Virus record (IMG/VR): IMGVR_UViG_2802429240_000008
Strand: one strand, 5' to 3'
Origin: a virus
Lineage: Duplodnaviria > Heunggongvirae > Uroviricota > Caudoviricetes
DNA length: 44,891 nucleotides
Shown: positions 7,365 to 16,432 of the stretch, one piece after another
Layout: every line of letters begins with the position of its first letter
Position numbering within the stretch: the first letter of the stretch is position 1
Notes under the pieces: model-generated
The model's input: the letters and a program-made list of their open reading frames with translations, nothing else
Told to the model about the DNA's origin: nothing
Database searches by the model: none
Program-made: the position numbers and the translations under genes

Positions 7365-8376
7365 AAAGGTGAAAACCGGCAGTTCATCCAGTAAGTCAGT
7401 ATTGACCTGGCTTGCTGATATGTGCGGTGCCGATTTGTGTGCATACCCGTCTGTATCTGCACTGGCAGAAGTAACGGAACTGAACAAAAAGACTGTGCAG
7501 GACAGCTTACGACATCTGATGGAGATTGGGTTAATTGTTGATACCGGTGAGAGAAAAGGCAGAACAAAGCAAATTGTGGTGTATCGACTTATCGGTGTAG
7601 AAGAAAGTGTTGCCGAGCCTGAATACACCCAAAAACGGGAGTCTTTAAAGGTGGGTAAAATTGGTGCTGTTAATAAAAACAGTACCGAAAATGGTTATGT
7701 TTCAGCACAAAACAGACCCAAAAACGGAACTCTTAGCTGCATGGAAAATAACCAAAGACACCCAAATTTTCCATCAAAGACACCCAAAAACGGATCACGG
7801 AACCCAAAGGAACCCAAAGATCTAAACCCCACACATAACACACGCGAGAGTGCTCCGACCAGTGAGCAGGAAGTTTTGTCGTTACAGGCAGCACCCCCTG
7901 TATTCCTGGATGGCCTGAGCGAACCCATCGGAAAATTTCCGATGACCGATAGCTGGTATCCGTCACGGGATTTTCGACGACGGGCTGCGTTGTGGGGGAT
8001 GGCTTTACCGGAGACAGAATTTACACCTGCTGAACTTGCCGCCTTCCGGGACTACTGGACAGCGGAGGGGAAAGTGTTTACGCAGATTCAGTGGGAGCAG
8101 AAATTCGCCCGTCACGTAAATCACGTCAGGGCGCAGGTTAAACCAGTCAGCAAGGGGGTAAACCATGCAGCAGCACCAGGTGGCACCGCATCACGGGCAG
8201 TTCAGGAAATTCGGGCAGCACGTGAGCAGTGGGAACGTGAAAACGGATTTATCAGCGACGGAAACGGCCTGGAAGCTGTGGGAACTCATGGGGGAGGTTT
8301 ATTCGAACCGCTGGACCCAGAAGAACGGGGCCGCACCTTCGAAGCTCTGGATTGCACAGATTGGCGCGATGACTGA
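7336..8376 (+). CDS. Replication initiation protein (O-like; N-terminal winged-HTH domain, low-complexity linker, C-terminal DnaT-like region)
   Basis: ATG at 7336 with AGGGG RBS; N-terminus MSIDALRWAKKV...LAEVTELNKKTVQDSLRHLMEIGLI; the linker coincides with DNA iterons; followed by a P-like gene. Confidence 0.65.
   Translation: MSIDALRWAKKVKTGSSSSKSVLTWLADMCGADLCAYPSVSALAEVTELNKKTVQDSLRHLMEIGLIVDTGERKGRTKQIVVYRLIGVEESVAEPEYTQKRESLKVGKIGAVNKNSTENGYVSAQNRPKNGTLSCMENNQRHPNFPSKTPKNGSRNPKEPKDLNPTHNTRESAPTSEQEVLSLQAAPPVFLDGLSEPIGKFPMTDSWYPSRDFRRRAALWGMALPETEFTPAELAAFRDYWTAEGKVFTQIQWEQKFARHVNHVRAQVKPVSKGVNHAAAPGGTASRAVQEIRAAREQWERENGFISDGNGLEAVGTHGGGLFEPLDPEERGRTFEALDCTDWRDD
7710..7830. repeat. 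Iteron-like direct repeats (core ACCCAAA, five copies) inside the O-like gene: candidate replication origin
   Basis: gacccaaaaacgga (7716), acacccaaatttt (7757), acacccaaaaacgga (7780), aacccaaagg (7801), aacccaaaga (7811); lambda ori likewise lies within O. Confidence 0.5.
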
Positions 8377-8842
8377 GCAGCAAATCCGGCAGGTCTGCCG
8401 CCAGTGCATGGACCGCTGCCGGGCGGGTGAAACATGGCCTCCGGACCTGGCTGAGTTTGTGGCGCTGATTTCGGAAAGCGGGGCCAATCCATTTGGCCTG
8501 ACGGTGGATGCTGTGATGGAGGAGTACCGCCGCTGGCGTAATGAGTCCTGGCGATATGACGGAAGCGATAAATATCCGTGGTCTCAGCCTGTGCTGTATC
8601 ACATTTGCCTCGAGATGCGTTCAAAGGGGATTGAGCGTCAGATGACCGAAGGGGAGTTAAAACGACTTGCAGAACGGCAGCTGACGAAATGGGCAAAGCA
8701 TGTTGGTGGCGGCTTCAGCGTTCCGCCCGTACGGAGGCAACTGGCAGCACCAGAACGCCCGTCGGGACCAACGCCAATTGAGTTGCTGAAACAGGAATAT
8801 GAACGCCGGAAGGCGGCTGGGTTTGTTTGTGTTGAGAAGTAA
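8165..8842 (+). CDS. Replication protein P-like (helicase loader), 225 aa
   Basis: [19 protein letters not shown]...[14 protein letters not shown] and [39 protein letters not shown] parallel lambda P regions as I recall them; ATG at 8165 with GGGGGT RBS; 5' 212 nt overlap the O-like ORF in another frame. Confidence 0.7.
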   Translation: MQQHQVAPHHGQFRKFGQHVSSGNVKTDLSATETAWKLWELMGEVYSNRWTQKNGAAPSKLWIAQIGAMTEQQIRQVCRQCMDRCRAGETWPPDLAEFVALISESGANPFGLTVDAVMEEYRRWRNESWRYDGSDKYPWSQPVLYHICLEMRSKGIERQMTEGELKRLAERQLTKWAKHVGGGFSVPPVRRQLAAPERPSGPTPIELLKQEYERRKAAGFVCVEK

Positions 8843-8862
8843 TTTTTACCGGGAGGAAATTT

Positions 8863-9624
8863 ATGGAGACTGTTTTTGACGCACTGAAAGCGATGGGAAA
8901 AGCCACGTCGGTAGAGCTGGCTGCGCGACTTGATATCAGTCGTGAAGAAGTGCTGAACGAGCTGTGGGAACTGAAAAAGGCTGGCTTCGTTGATAAAAGC
9001 GTATACACCTGGCGTGTGGCTTATAACAACGTTCAGCAGGAACAGCCAGCGCCGGCAGAACTGTCGGAAGAAACCACCACGGCAACAGTCGCTAAAATTT
9101 CGGAGAGCGATTTAACTGCGACGATTGAACAACGTGGACCACAAACGGCGGATGAACTGGCTACGCTGTTCGGTACCACATCCCGCAAAGTGGCGTCAAC
9201 GCTGGCAATGGCAATCGGCAAAGGTCGTCTGATTCGTGTAAACCAGAACGGTAAATTTCGTTACTGCATACCGGGTGATAATTTACCAGCAGAGCCGAAA
9301 GTTGAATCGGTAGCGGAAACCGATGGTAAAGCCTTTCCTCAGCCAGCAGGTGTTGCGTTACCAGTACAGGAAGTTGCAACACAGGAAGATATTAAAACAG
9401 AAACTGTGGCTGATATTGTGCAATCGTTGCCATCGTTTACTGAAACGCGAGCGGATGACCTGGTTTTACCATCGCTGCATATGGCAAACCGCGAATTGCG
9501 TCGGGCGAAAAATCATGTTCAGAAGTGGGAGCGAGTCTGCGCCGCGCTGCGGGAGCTGAACAAGCACCGGGATATTGTTCGACAGATTACTGATTCTTCC
9601 CGCCGTGTTGTATCGGAAAAGTGA
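8863..9624 (+). CDS. Hypothetical phage protein with N-terminal winged-HTH-like region (253 aa)
   Basis: ATG with GGGAGG RBS; N-terminus [43 protein letters not shown]. Confidence 0.6.
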   Translation: METVFDALKAMGKATSVELAARLDISREEVLNELWELKKAGFVDKSVYTWRVAYNNVQQEQPAPAELSEETTTATVAKISESDLTATIEQRGPQTADELATLFGTTSRKVASTLAMAIGKGRLIRVNQNGKFRYCIPGDNLPAEPKVESVAETDGKAFPQPAGVALPVQEVATQEDIKTETVADIVQSLPSFTETRADDLVLPSLHMANRELRRAKNHVQKWERVCAALRELNKHRDIVRQITDSSRRVVSEK

Positions 9625-9639
9625 TTGCCGGAGGCGCTT

Positions 9640-10062
9640 ATGGCAAAAGTATTTACACAAGAAGAGCGGGAAAAAATTAAAGGGCAGGTTGTTGAGCTGG
9701 TACGCCGGAGTGGGCGCGAGACGTTACGGCAACTGGAAGCCAAGACAGGTGCGACAAGATATCTGATGAGCGTTCTCGCCAGAGAGCTGGTTGCCAGTGG
9801 CGATGTATACAACTCTGGTTACGGGTTATTTCCGTCTGAACAGGCCCGTAAGGATTGGCAAAACGCCCGCAAAAAACTATCCAGGGCAAAGGTGAAAAAA
9901 ACGGTTGTGGTTGATCCTGACCTTATCTGGTCATTACCAGACGGAGAAATACGCCGCTACGACAGGCGCCTGAATATAATCTGTCGCGAGTGCCGGAAGA
10001 GCGAAGCTATGCAGCGTGTACTGGCTTTCTATCAGGGTAATTTTCAGGAGGTAGCGCAGTGA
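9640..10062 (+). CDS. Hypothetical protein (140 aa)
   Basis: ATG at 9640 with GGAGG RBS 6 nt upstream; stop overlaps the next gene start (GTGA). Confidence 0.55.
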   Translation: MAKVFTQEEREKIKGQVVELVRRSGRETLRQLEAKTGATRYLMSVLARELVASGDVYNSGYGLFPSEQARKDWQNARKKLSRAKVKKTVVVDPDLIWSLPDGEIRRYDRRLNIICRECRKSEAMQRVLAFYQGNFQEVAQ

Positions 10063-10532
10063 GTGCACCGGCAACCATTCTTGATATGTGCTGTGGCAGT
10101 CGCATGTTCTGGTTCGATAAGAATGACGACCGGGCGATATTTAGCGATATCATAAAGGAAGAGCACACATTGTGTGATGGACGACGCCTGATTATCAGTC
10201 CTGATCTGATAGCTGATTTTCGTGCACTACCATTTGCAGACGCATCTTTTTCGATGGTTATATTCGACCCTCCGCATCTTGAGCGTGTTGGTGATAACGC
10301 CTGGATGGGAAAGAAATATGGACGGCTGAATAAAGATACCTGGCGTGATGATTTGCGGCAGGGATTTAAAGAAGCCTTTCGTGTGTTGCGTCCATACGGC
10401 GCTCTGATTTTTAAATGGAATGAAACGCAAATACCTGTTCGCCAGATATTGGTACTGACCGACAGAAAACCTGTTATCGGTCAACGAACAGAAAAAAACG
10501 ATAAAACCCACTGGATTATTTTTATGAAATAG
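10059..10532 (+). CDS. Small SAM-dependent methyltransferase-like protein (157 aa), putative orphan DNA methyltransferase
   Basis: GTG start coupled to upstream stop with AGGAGG RBS; motif I-like LDMCCGSRMF and catalytic-like FDPPHL. Confidence 0.55.
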   Translation: MSAPATILDMCCGSRMFWFDKNDDRAIFSDIIKEEHTLCDGRRLIISPDLIADFRALPFADASFSMVIFDPPHLERVGDNAWMGKKYGRLNKDTWRDDLRQGFKEAFRVLRPYGALIFKWNETQIPVRQILVLTDRKPVIGQRTEKNDKTHWIIFMK

Positions 10533-10678
10533 GCATCCAGTGAGTAGGTTCGTAAGGTTACAGATACGTATATCTGAATAATTAAATTCAGTTCTGTAAA
10601 TAAAATTTAATCCTTAACCGGAGGGATTTCTGCACCCTCAAATCATCAGGAGGCCGCCCGAAAGGGCGGTAATGAAAA

Positions 10679-11248
10679 ATGACTGAATTAACCAAAGAGC
10701 AATTAATCGAAGAAGCCAAATTAAAAATAGCGATTGCGAAATGCCATCCCAATTCAGGGGTAGCACGAGTAGAGGGTGAGTTATTCAAAATTGCACTGAC
10801 ATCGCTGGAAGCCGAGCCTGTAAGCCAAACTTACAACTTGCCAGAATTAATCGAAGGCATGGAGGTTTCCATTGATGTAAGCACTTGTGATGCTGATTTA
10901 GGTAATCGCTATTTCGGCACCGTCACCGAGGCGTTAGAACTTGATACAGCCAAGAATGGTTACATCCTCCTGGTTCAGGACGCAGAGCCAAACTTCGATG
11001 TAAATGGCAACTCTCCGGGAACTCCGGATAGTTGGATAAGCTGTAGTGATCGAATGCCTGAAAAGGGCCAGAACGTGCTTATTTCGGTGAATTTCGATAG
11101 CTCTCTGGTTGAACCGCTAATATGCTCCGCATGCTATACCGGAAGCACCTTTCGGCGCGGAGATGCAACGATTAAGCCGGGTAATGGTATTGAGCAAGCA
11201 ACTCACTGGATGCCGCTACCGGAACCACCGCAGGAGGTGAATCAATGA
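10679..11248 (+). CDS. DUF551-like phage protein (189 aa)
   Basis: C-terminal WISCSDRMPEKGQNVLI...HWMPLPEPP resembles the DUF551 signature as I recall it. Confidence 0.55.
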   Translation: MTELTKEQLIEEAKLKIAIAKCHPNSGVARVEGELFKIALTSLEAEPVSQTYNLPELIEGMEVSIDVSTCDADLGNRYFGTVTEALELDTAKNGYILLVQDAEPNFDVNGNSPGTPDSWISCSDRMPEKGQNVLISVNFDSSLVEPLICSACYTGSTFRRGDATIKPGNGIEQATHWMPLPEPPQEVNQ

Positions 11249-11371
11249 CCTGACCTGAGGCATTCACTACGGTAGGAATTGCGATGGCGGTGGCGCTGGT
11301 GGTGCATTCGATTTGCCGATGGGGATAAAAACGGTTTGCGGGAAAAGGAGAGTTAAGTAGAATTGCTGCGG

Positions 11372-11516
11372 GTGCTTGAGGCTATCTGCCTCGGGCATGA
11401 ACACCAACGGCAGATAGATAAAAGCCCCACCCGACTATAAATCGAAGTGAGGCCCCTATATGCTCGTCACATATAGATTGCCTCTTACGGACCGAAAGGT
11501 CAAGGAGAAGCAGGCT
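11372..11516 (+). promoter_or_regulatory. hok mRNA 5' leader with in-frame upstream start (mok-like, ATG 11460); expected location of an antisense Sok-like RNA
   Basis: GCTTGAGGCTATCTGCCTC resembles the 5' end of hok-family mRNAs as I recall it; 8-bp inverted repeat tatctgcc/ggcagata; in-frame ATG at 11460 gives a 70-codon ORF. Confidence 0.4.
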
Positions 11517-11672
11517 ATGAAGCAGCAAAAGGCGATGTTAATCGCCCTGATCGTCATCTGTTTAACCGTCATAGTGACGGCACTGGTAACGAGGAAAGAC
11601 CTCTGCGAGGTACGAATCCGAACCGGCCAGACGGAGGTCGCTGTCTTCACAGCTTACGAACCTGAGGAGTAA
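11517..11672 (+). CDS. hokD: Hok/Gef family type I toxin (51 aa)
   Basis: MKQQKAMLIALIVICLTVIVTALVTRKDLCEVRIRTGQTEVAVFTAYEPEE: single TM helix and conserved C-terminal Hok motif; appears to match HokD (RelF) from memory; AAGGAGAAG RBS. Confidence 0.85.
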   Translation: MKQQKAMLIALIVICLTVIVTALVTRKDLCEVRIRTGQTEVAVFTAYEPEE

Positions 11673-11740
11673 GAGACCAGGCGGGGGAGAAATCCCTCGC
11701 CACCTCTGATGTGTCAGGCATCCTCAACGCACCCGCACTT

Positions 11741-11769
11741 AACCCGCTTCGGCGGGTTTTTGTTTTTAT
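11741..11769 (+). terminator. Rho-independent terminator after hok
   Basis: aacccgc-ttcg-gcgggtt stem-loop followed by tttgttttt. Confidence 0.7.
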
Positions 11770-11892
11770 TTTCAACGCGTTTGAAGTTCTGGACGGTGCC
11801 GGAATAGAATCAAAAATACTTAAGTAGCGCGCAGGGAGAAGAGGGATGGACCCCAAACAGGGGAGTGCTATTTATCTGGAAGGATTCTGTTG

Positions 11893-12153
11893 ATGAAAAT
11901 CGAAGAATTACGTGAAATTTTTAGTGAAGATGGCCTCTATACTGTGCGCGTTGAGAATGGCGCTATTGTCAGCCACTGCCGTATTAAATGTTTACAGTCT
12001 CAACAAAGGAAGAGTGGAGCTGCGTTAATTCATTTGGTGGATGGGCTTGTGACGGATGGTTTTATTTTGCGTGCAAATGAATTTGTCACATCGTTGCCGT
12101 CTCTGAAAGAAGCTGGGATTAAGGCTGGTTTTTCTGCTTTTGAAGATGAGTGA
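11893..12153 (+). CDS. Hypothetical protein (86 aa)
   Basis: ATG at 11893; ORF between the hok locus and the DUF968 gene; no recognisable domain. Confidence 0.45.
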   Translation: MKIEELREIFSEDGLYTVRVENGAIVSHCRIKCLQSQQRKSGAALIHLVDGLVTDGFILRANEFVTSLPSLKEAGIKAGFSAFEDE

Positions 12154-12219
12154 ATTCATCTACAATTCAGCGCAGGGCTGAACCCCTGTTGAGTAACACT
12201 GTGCCACCGGAGAAAGCCG

Positions 12220-12498
12220 ATGGCGCAAAATTCCAGATCACACAATTCTGATAATCTCGCCGTCTTTGCCAGCAGGCACGGGCGGCATTCGCACGCATTC
12301 AAATCTGACTGGTTCCAGCATGATCCATGCACTGAAGAACAGGCAGAGTGGCTAATTCAGAACTACCGCAGACGTGGGTATGAGTTTAGGAAAGCCCTCA
12401 GCCTCGATTATCGTCTCTGGATAATCTACGTCAGACTCCCTTATTCCGAACGCCCACCGCGTCCGTCCCGCACATTCCAGCAACGCATCTGGAGGTAA
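12220..12498 (+). CDS. Hypothetical protein (92 aa)
   Basis: ATG with GGAGA RBS 7 nt upstream; stop immediately precedes the DUF968 gene RBS. Confidence 0.5.
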   Translation: MAQNSRSHNSDNLAVFASRHGRHSHAFKSDWFQHDPCTEEQAEWLIQNYRRRGYEFRKALSLDYRLWIIYVRLPYSERPPRPSRTFQQRIWR

Positions 12499-12499
12499 C

Positions 12500-13549
12500 G
12501 TGCGGGTATTACTTCGACCTGTTCCGGTACCGGAACTTGGGCTGGTGGTGCTAAAACCGGGCCGTGAATCCATGCGGGTATTTCATAATCCTCGCGTGCT
12601 GGTGGAGCCGGAACCAAAAAGCATGTGCGGCCTGCCATCCGGAGTCGTCCCTGCAGTTCGCCAGCCGCTGGCGGAGGATAAATCATTACTGCCATTTTTC
12701 AGCGATGAGCGGGTGATTCGTGCTGCTGGCGGCGCTGGTGCACTGTCTGACTGGCTGTTGCGTCATGTCAAATCCTGCCAGTGGCCTCATGGTGACTATC
12801 ATCACAGTGAAATCGTCATACATCGTTACGGTACCGGCGCGATGGTGTTATGCTGGCACTGCGACAACCAGCTGCGTGACCAGACCTCCGAATCACTCGG
12901 GCAACTTGCTCACCAAAACCTGTCAGCATGGATGATTGACGTCATACGCCATGCAATGAATGGCACGCAGGAGCGGGAATTATCGCTGGCTGAATTATCC
13001 TGGTGGGCGGTCTGCAATCAGGTAGCGGACGCGCTACCGGAGGCAGTATTACGTCGTTCTCTGGGGTTACGTGCTGAAAAAATCCGCTCGCTTTACCGCG
13101 AGAGTGACATCATACCGGGAGAGCAGACAGCCACCAGTATACTGAAGCAGCGCACAAAAAATATTGTGCTACCGCCTCACGCCCACCAGCAACAGAACCC
13201 ACCACAGGAAAAGACGGAGGTCAGCATTGCCGTTGATCCGGAGTCTCCGGAATCTTTCATGAAGCGACCTAAACGTCGCCGCTGGGTAAATGAGAAATAC
13301 ACGCGCTGGGTGAAGACACAGCCGTGTGCGTGTTGTGGTAAGCCAGCTGACGATCCCCATCACCTGATTGGTCATGGTCAGGGCGGAATGGGTACAAAAG
13401 CGCATGACCTCTTTGTGTTGCCTTTGTGCAGAAAGCATCACGACGAGCTGCATGCGGATACCGTGGCATTTGAAAAGAAGTATGGCTCCCAGCTGGAGCT
13501 GATATTTCGTTTTATCGATCGTGCGCTGGCAATTGGCGTATTGGCGTAA
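12500..13549 (+). CDS. DUF968-like protein (YdfU-like, 349 aa)
   Basis: GTG start with GGAGG RBS; Cys/His-rich C-terminus (CACCGKPADDPHHLIGHGQGGMGTKAHDLFVLPLCRKHHDELH); same size as K-12 YdfU as I recall, and located just before Q. Confidence 0.6.
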   Translation: MRVLLRPVPVPELGLVVLKPGRESMRVFHNPRVLVEPEPKSMCGLPSGVVPAVRQPLAEDKSLLPFFSDERVIRAAGGAGALSDWLLRHVKSCQWPHGDYHHSEIVIHRYGTGAMVLCWHCDNQLRDQTSESLGQLAHQNLSAWMIDVIRHAMNGTQERELSLAELSWWAVCNQVADALPEAVLRRSLGLRAEKIRSLYRESDIIPGEQTATSILKQRTKNIVLPPHAHQQQNPPQEKTEVSIAVDPESPESFMKRPKRRRWVNEKYTRWVKTQPCACCGKPADDPHHLIGHGQGGMGTKAHDLFVLPLCRKHHDELHADTVAFEKKYGSQLELIFRFIDRALAIGVLA

Positions 13550-13562
13550 GTGGAGAACGAGC

Positions 13563-14315
13563 ATGAACCTTGAAGCCTTACCAAAATATTACTCCCCAAA
13601 ATCGCCAAAATTGAGCGATGACGCACCGGCGACAGGCTCAGGTGGTTTAACGATTACGGATGTGATGGCTGCGCAGGGGATGGTGCAGTCGAAAGCACCG
13701 CTTGGGTTTGCCTTATTCCTGGCAAAAGTTGGTGTTCAGGATCCTCAGTTTGCTATTGAAGGCCTGCTCAATTACGCGATGGCACTGGGTAACCCGACAT
13801 TGAACAAATTGAGTGAAGAAACACGGCTGCAGATTATTCCTTATCTCGTGAATTTTGCCTTTGCTGATTATTCTAGGTCTGCGGCAAGTAAGGCTCGCTG
13901 TGAACATTGTGCAGGTACGGGATTTCATAATGTATTGCGCGAAGTGGTGAAACACTACAGAAGTGGGGAATCTGTTATCAAGGAAGAATGGGGGAAGGAA
14001 CTATGTCAGCATTGCCATGGTAAGGGCGAAGTCAGCACAGCGTGCAGAGGGTGTAAGGGTAAAGGTATTGTCCTGGATGAAAAAAGAACCCGGCTTCATG
14101 GCGTACCGGTTTATAAGTTTTGTGGGCGTTGTAATGGAAACAGGTTTAGTCGTTTACCGACCACACTGGCACGACGTCATGTCCAGAAGTTGGTACCGGA
14201 CCTGACAGATTATCAGTGGTACAAGGGGTATGCGGACGTCATTGATAAACTGGTAACAAAGTGCTGGCAGGAAGAAGCGTATGCAGAAGCACAACTGAGA
14301 AAAGTGACAAGATAA
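13563..14315 (+). CDS. Late-gene antiterminator Q-like protein (250 aa)
   Basis: ATG at 13563 with GGAGA RBS; several CxxC zinc-binding pairs (CEHCAGTG, CQHCHGKG, CRGCKGKG, CGRCNG); position upstream of the lysis genes. Confidence 0.7.
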   Translation: MNLEALPKYYSPKSPKLSDDAPATGSGGLTITDVMAAQGMVQSKAPLGFALFLAKVGVQDPQFAIEGLLNYAMALGNPTLNKLSEETRLQIIPYLVNFAFADYSRSAASKARCEHCAGTGFHNVLREVVKHYRSGESVIKEEWGKELCQHCHGKGEVSTACRGCKGKGIVLDEKRTRLHGVPVYKFCGRCNGNRFSRLPTTLARRHVQKLVPDLTDYQWYKGYADVIDKLVTKCWQEEAYAEAQLRKVTR

Positions 14316-15076
14316 AAGATTTTCACCGAACGATGGCGACATAACGATTGTATTTTCTAAGGAAACGTGCAAAGAGTTTTCCAATGATGAGCCTTATATG
14401 CATACCGGTGGAAAATATCAATAAGCCGCGCAGAGTGGTTTTTTTGTGGACATAAACTTTGTGCAGAACGGTAACCATTCTGGTTGCCGTGAATGCAGTT
14501 TTTTTACATTGCTGGCTTTTTTAGATTTGTGTTAGTCATTGATATTAACAAGAAGGGGAAAAGACATGCTAAAACGGCAGGATATGAAGGAAACGGTTAT
14601 GCGTGAATGTTCCAGTGTGATTAACCATATCATCTTGGGAAGCCATCCTGATGCAGGGAAGAGGTAACAGTAACGTGCATCAATCAGGCTGCAAATAAAT
14701 GGCTTACGCCGGAAATCTGGCTATCGATGTATTACCGGTTTGTTACCCATGAAGAAAATTAAGGTGATAACGAAACTGATTTTATAGGTGTCTTGTCAGA
14801 GTGTTGCGACGAAACTGGTGTTGGCAGTGTAGGGAAAATAGTAGGATGAAAATTATAAATTGCTTTAAATGAGCTTGATTTCCCTCATGTTATGAGATAT
14901 TTGTCTTATATTGCTGGTTAATTATGAAAATTTTTGTAAATCTACAGCAATAAAATCCATATTAATTAAAGCACTAGATGCGTTTCTGATTTGTGCATGA
15001 AACATACATACCATAATGATTAATTGCATCTATAATTACAGATACAGCATTGTGCTGTTAAAAAACTGGAGTCCCC

Positions 15077-15184
15077 ATGAATACATTATATGTAAGTGAT
15101 TCAAATGAAAAATCTCATGACAGGAATAAAAACAATGAGGATAGTAAGGGTAAGGATAATAAAAAAGACAACCGGAAAGAGTAA
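15077..15184 (+). CDS. Small Lys/Asn-rich hydrophilic ORF (35 aa)
   Basis: Manual translation: MNTLYVSDSNEKSHDRNKNNEDSKGKDNKKDNRKE; weak SD (CTGGAG); in the AT-rich island. Confidence 0.25.
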   Translation: MNTLYVSDSNEKSHDRNKNNEDSKGKDNKKDNRKE

Positions 15185-15219
15185 ATAATCTTTCCTGCAT
15201 AAAAATACTAGGGTGGAAT

Positions 15220-15339
15220 ATGTCAGAACATCCAGATTTTGATGACCGTAAGCCTGATGATGAGCCCGTTGAGCGTCCTGATGAGGGGCAACCATTGAAC
15301 CCTTTTTCACCGGATGATAAAAGAGAACCTATTATTTAG
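15220..15339 (+). CDS. Small acidic ORF (39 aa)
   Basis: Manual translation: MSEHPDFDDRKPDDEPVERPDEGQPLNPFSPDDKREPII; followed about 50 nt later by a strong terminator. Confidence 0.3.
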   Translation: MSEHPDFDDRKPDDEPVERPDEGQPLNPFSPDDKREPII

Positions 15340-15390
15340 ATATAGCAGAATATAGCCGTTTAAAGTAGGTTGTGTTTTGTTGCTATCCTT

Positions 15391-15419
15391 AAACCACCTC
15401 CACAGGAGGTGGTTTTTTA
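15391..15419 (+). terminator. Rho-independent terminator
   Basis: aaaccacctcc-acag-gaggtggttt followed by tttt. Confidence 0.65.
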
Positions 15420-15475
15420 CTAATGGAACATTAATTGGTAGATGTGATTGTGTACGACTTATGGGAGGCTTAAGA

Positions 15476-15661
15476 TTATTTTCTGCCAATAATAAAACCA
15501 AGCGTTAACCCTATGCTTAGAGCGACCACCACGCTAGTCAGTGGATAATTTCTAAATTTATCTTTAACGTTTTCTTTGCCTGCCTGCAAAGCATCGTCAG
15601 CACATGATGCATATTTTTTGACAGTATTAACTATTTCGTTTTCAGATTGATTTGAAGTCAT
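15476..15661 (-). CDS. Small tail-anchored membrane protein (61 aa) with a DUF883/ElaB-like C-terminus
   Basis: Internal ATG at 15659-15661 (the track ORF starts at a TTG); C-terminal LTSVVVALSIGLTLGFIIGRK resembles the membrane anchor of ElaB/YqjD-type proteins. Confidence 0.45.
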   Translation of the reverse strand: MTSNQSENEIVNTVKKYASCADDALQAGKENVKDKFRNYPLTSVVVALSIGLTLGFIIGRK

Positions 15662-16116
15662 GTTTGAAGTCCTGATGTTAAGTGGCTTTTTAATTATAGC
15701 AGATATGCTTTCAATGATAGGGCGAAGAGCTGTTATTGAGGTGATACTATGACCACTCAATCAACATTACATAAAATGACGTTTACTCCTGTTTGGCACA
15801 GTAGCAGAATTTTGCTTCTGCTACTGAAGTCGCTTTAGCACTAGAATATGCTGATGGATAAAGCAGTTCAGCGTATGTACTGCGTCATGCATATCGGTCT
15901 TGCAGATATGACGAGAAGGGGAGACAAGGTGTGTGTAATGTAGAAGTCTTTAAAGTGCTGCCTGGGATAACTCTATGCTGAAGTGCAATTGATAAAAGTA
16001 ACACGATAAAGGTTTTTCAATGAAGATGGCAACGTGATGCTTGCATTTTTCAAAAAATATGGATAAGATTCCCTCAATGATGGGCTTTGTATATCTGATG
16101 TTTAGAAAGAAATTAG

Positions 16117-16146
16117 AAAACCCGCTGATGAGCGGGTTTTGTGCTT
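16117..16146. terminator. Stem-loop terminator, possibly bidirectional
   Basis: aaaacccgct-gatg-agcgggtttt with flanking A/T runs. Confidence 0.55.
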
Positions 16147-16432
16147 TAAATGGGGCAATGGTGATGTTGAACCTCATCCCGGGACCCATGTCTGTTAACT
16201 TATTATTTAACTGGTGACTTAGTTATTTGCCTGATGTTTAAAATGTTTTCTTCCAGTACAATGTCCCTAAACACAATGAGTCTGCTTATTATATTATTAG
16301 CAGAGCTATTACGGCCAAAGTACAGCATAAGCTTTTAAAGCCAATCAACCAGTCATCAAGGCAGACGGGGTTATTCATAAAAACTCTCCATGTGTGATCC
16401 GATGGGGCTTAAAGTAAAAGCTTTAATATAGC

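Noticed and set aside
8252-8696. Minus-strand ORFs of 116 and 136 aa
   Set aside because: Antisense to the P-like replication gene; Arg/Pro/Ser-rich, no RBS
14316-16430. Looked for tRNA genes, which are often found downstream of Q in lambdoid phages
   Set aside because: No GTTCGAATC-type T-arm or cloverleaf-compatible segment seen by eye; would need tRNAscan to exclude fully
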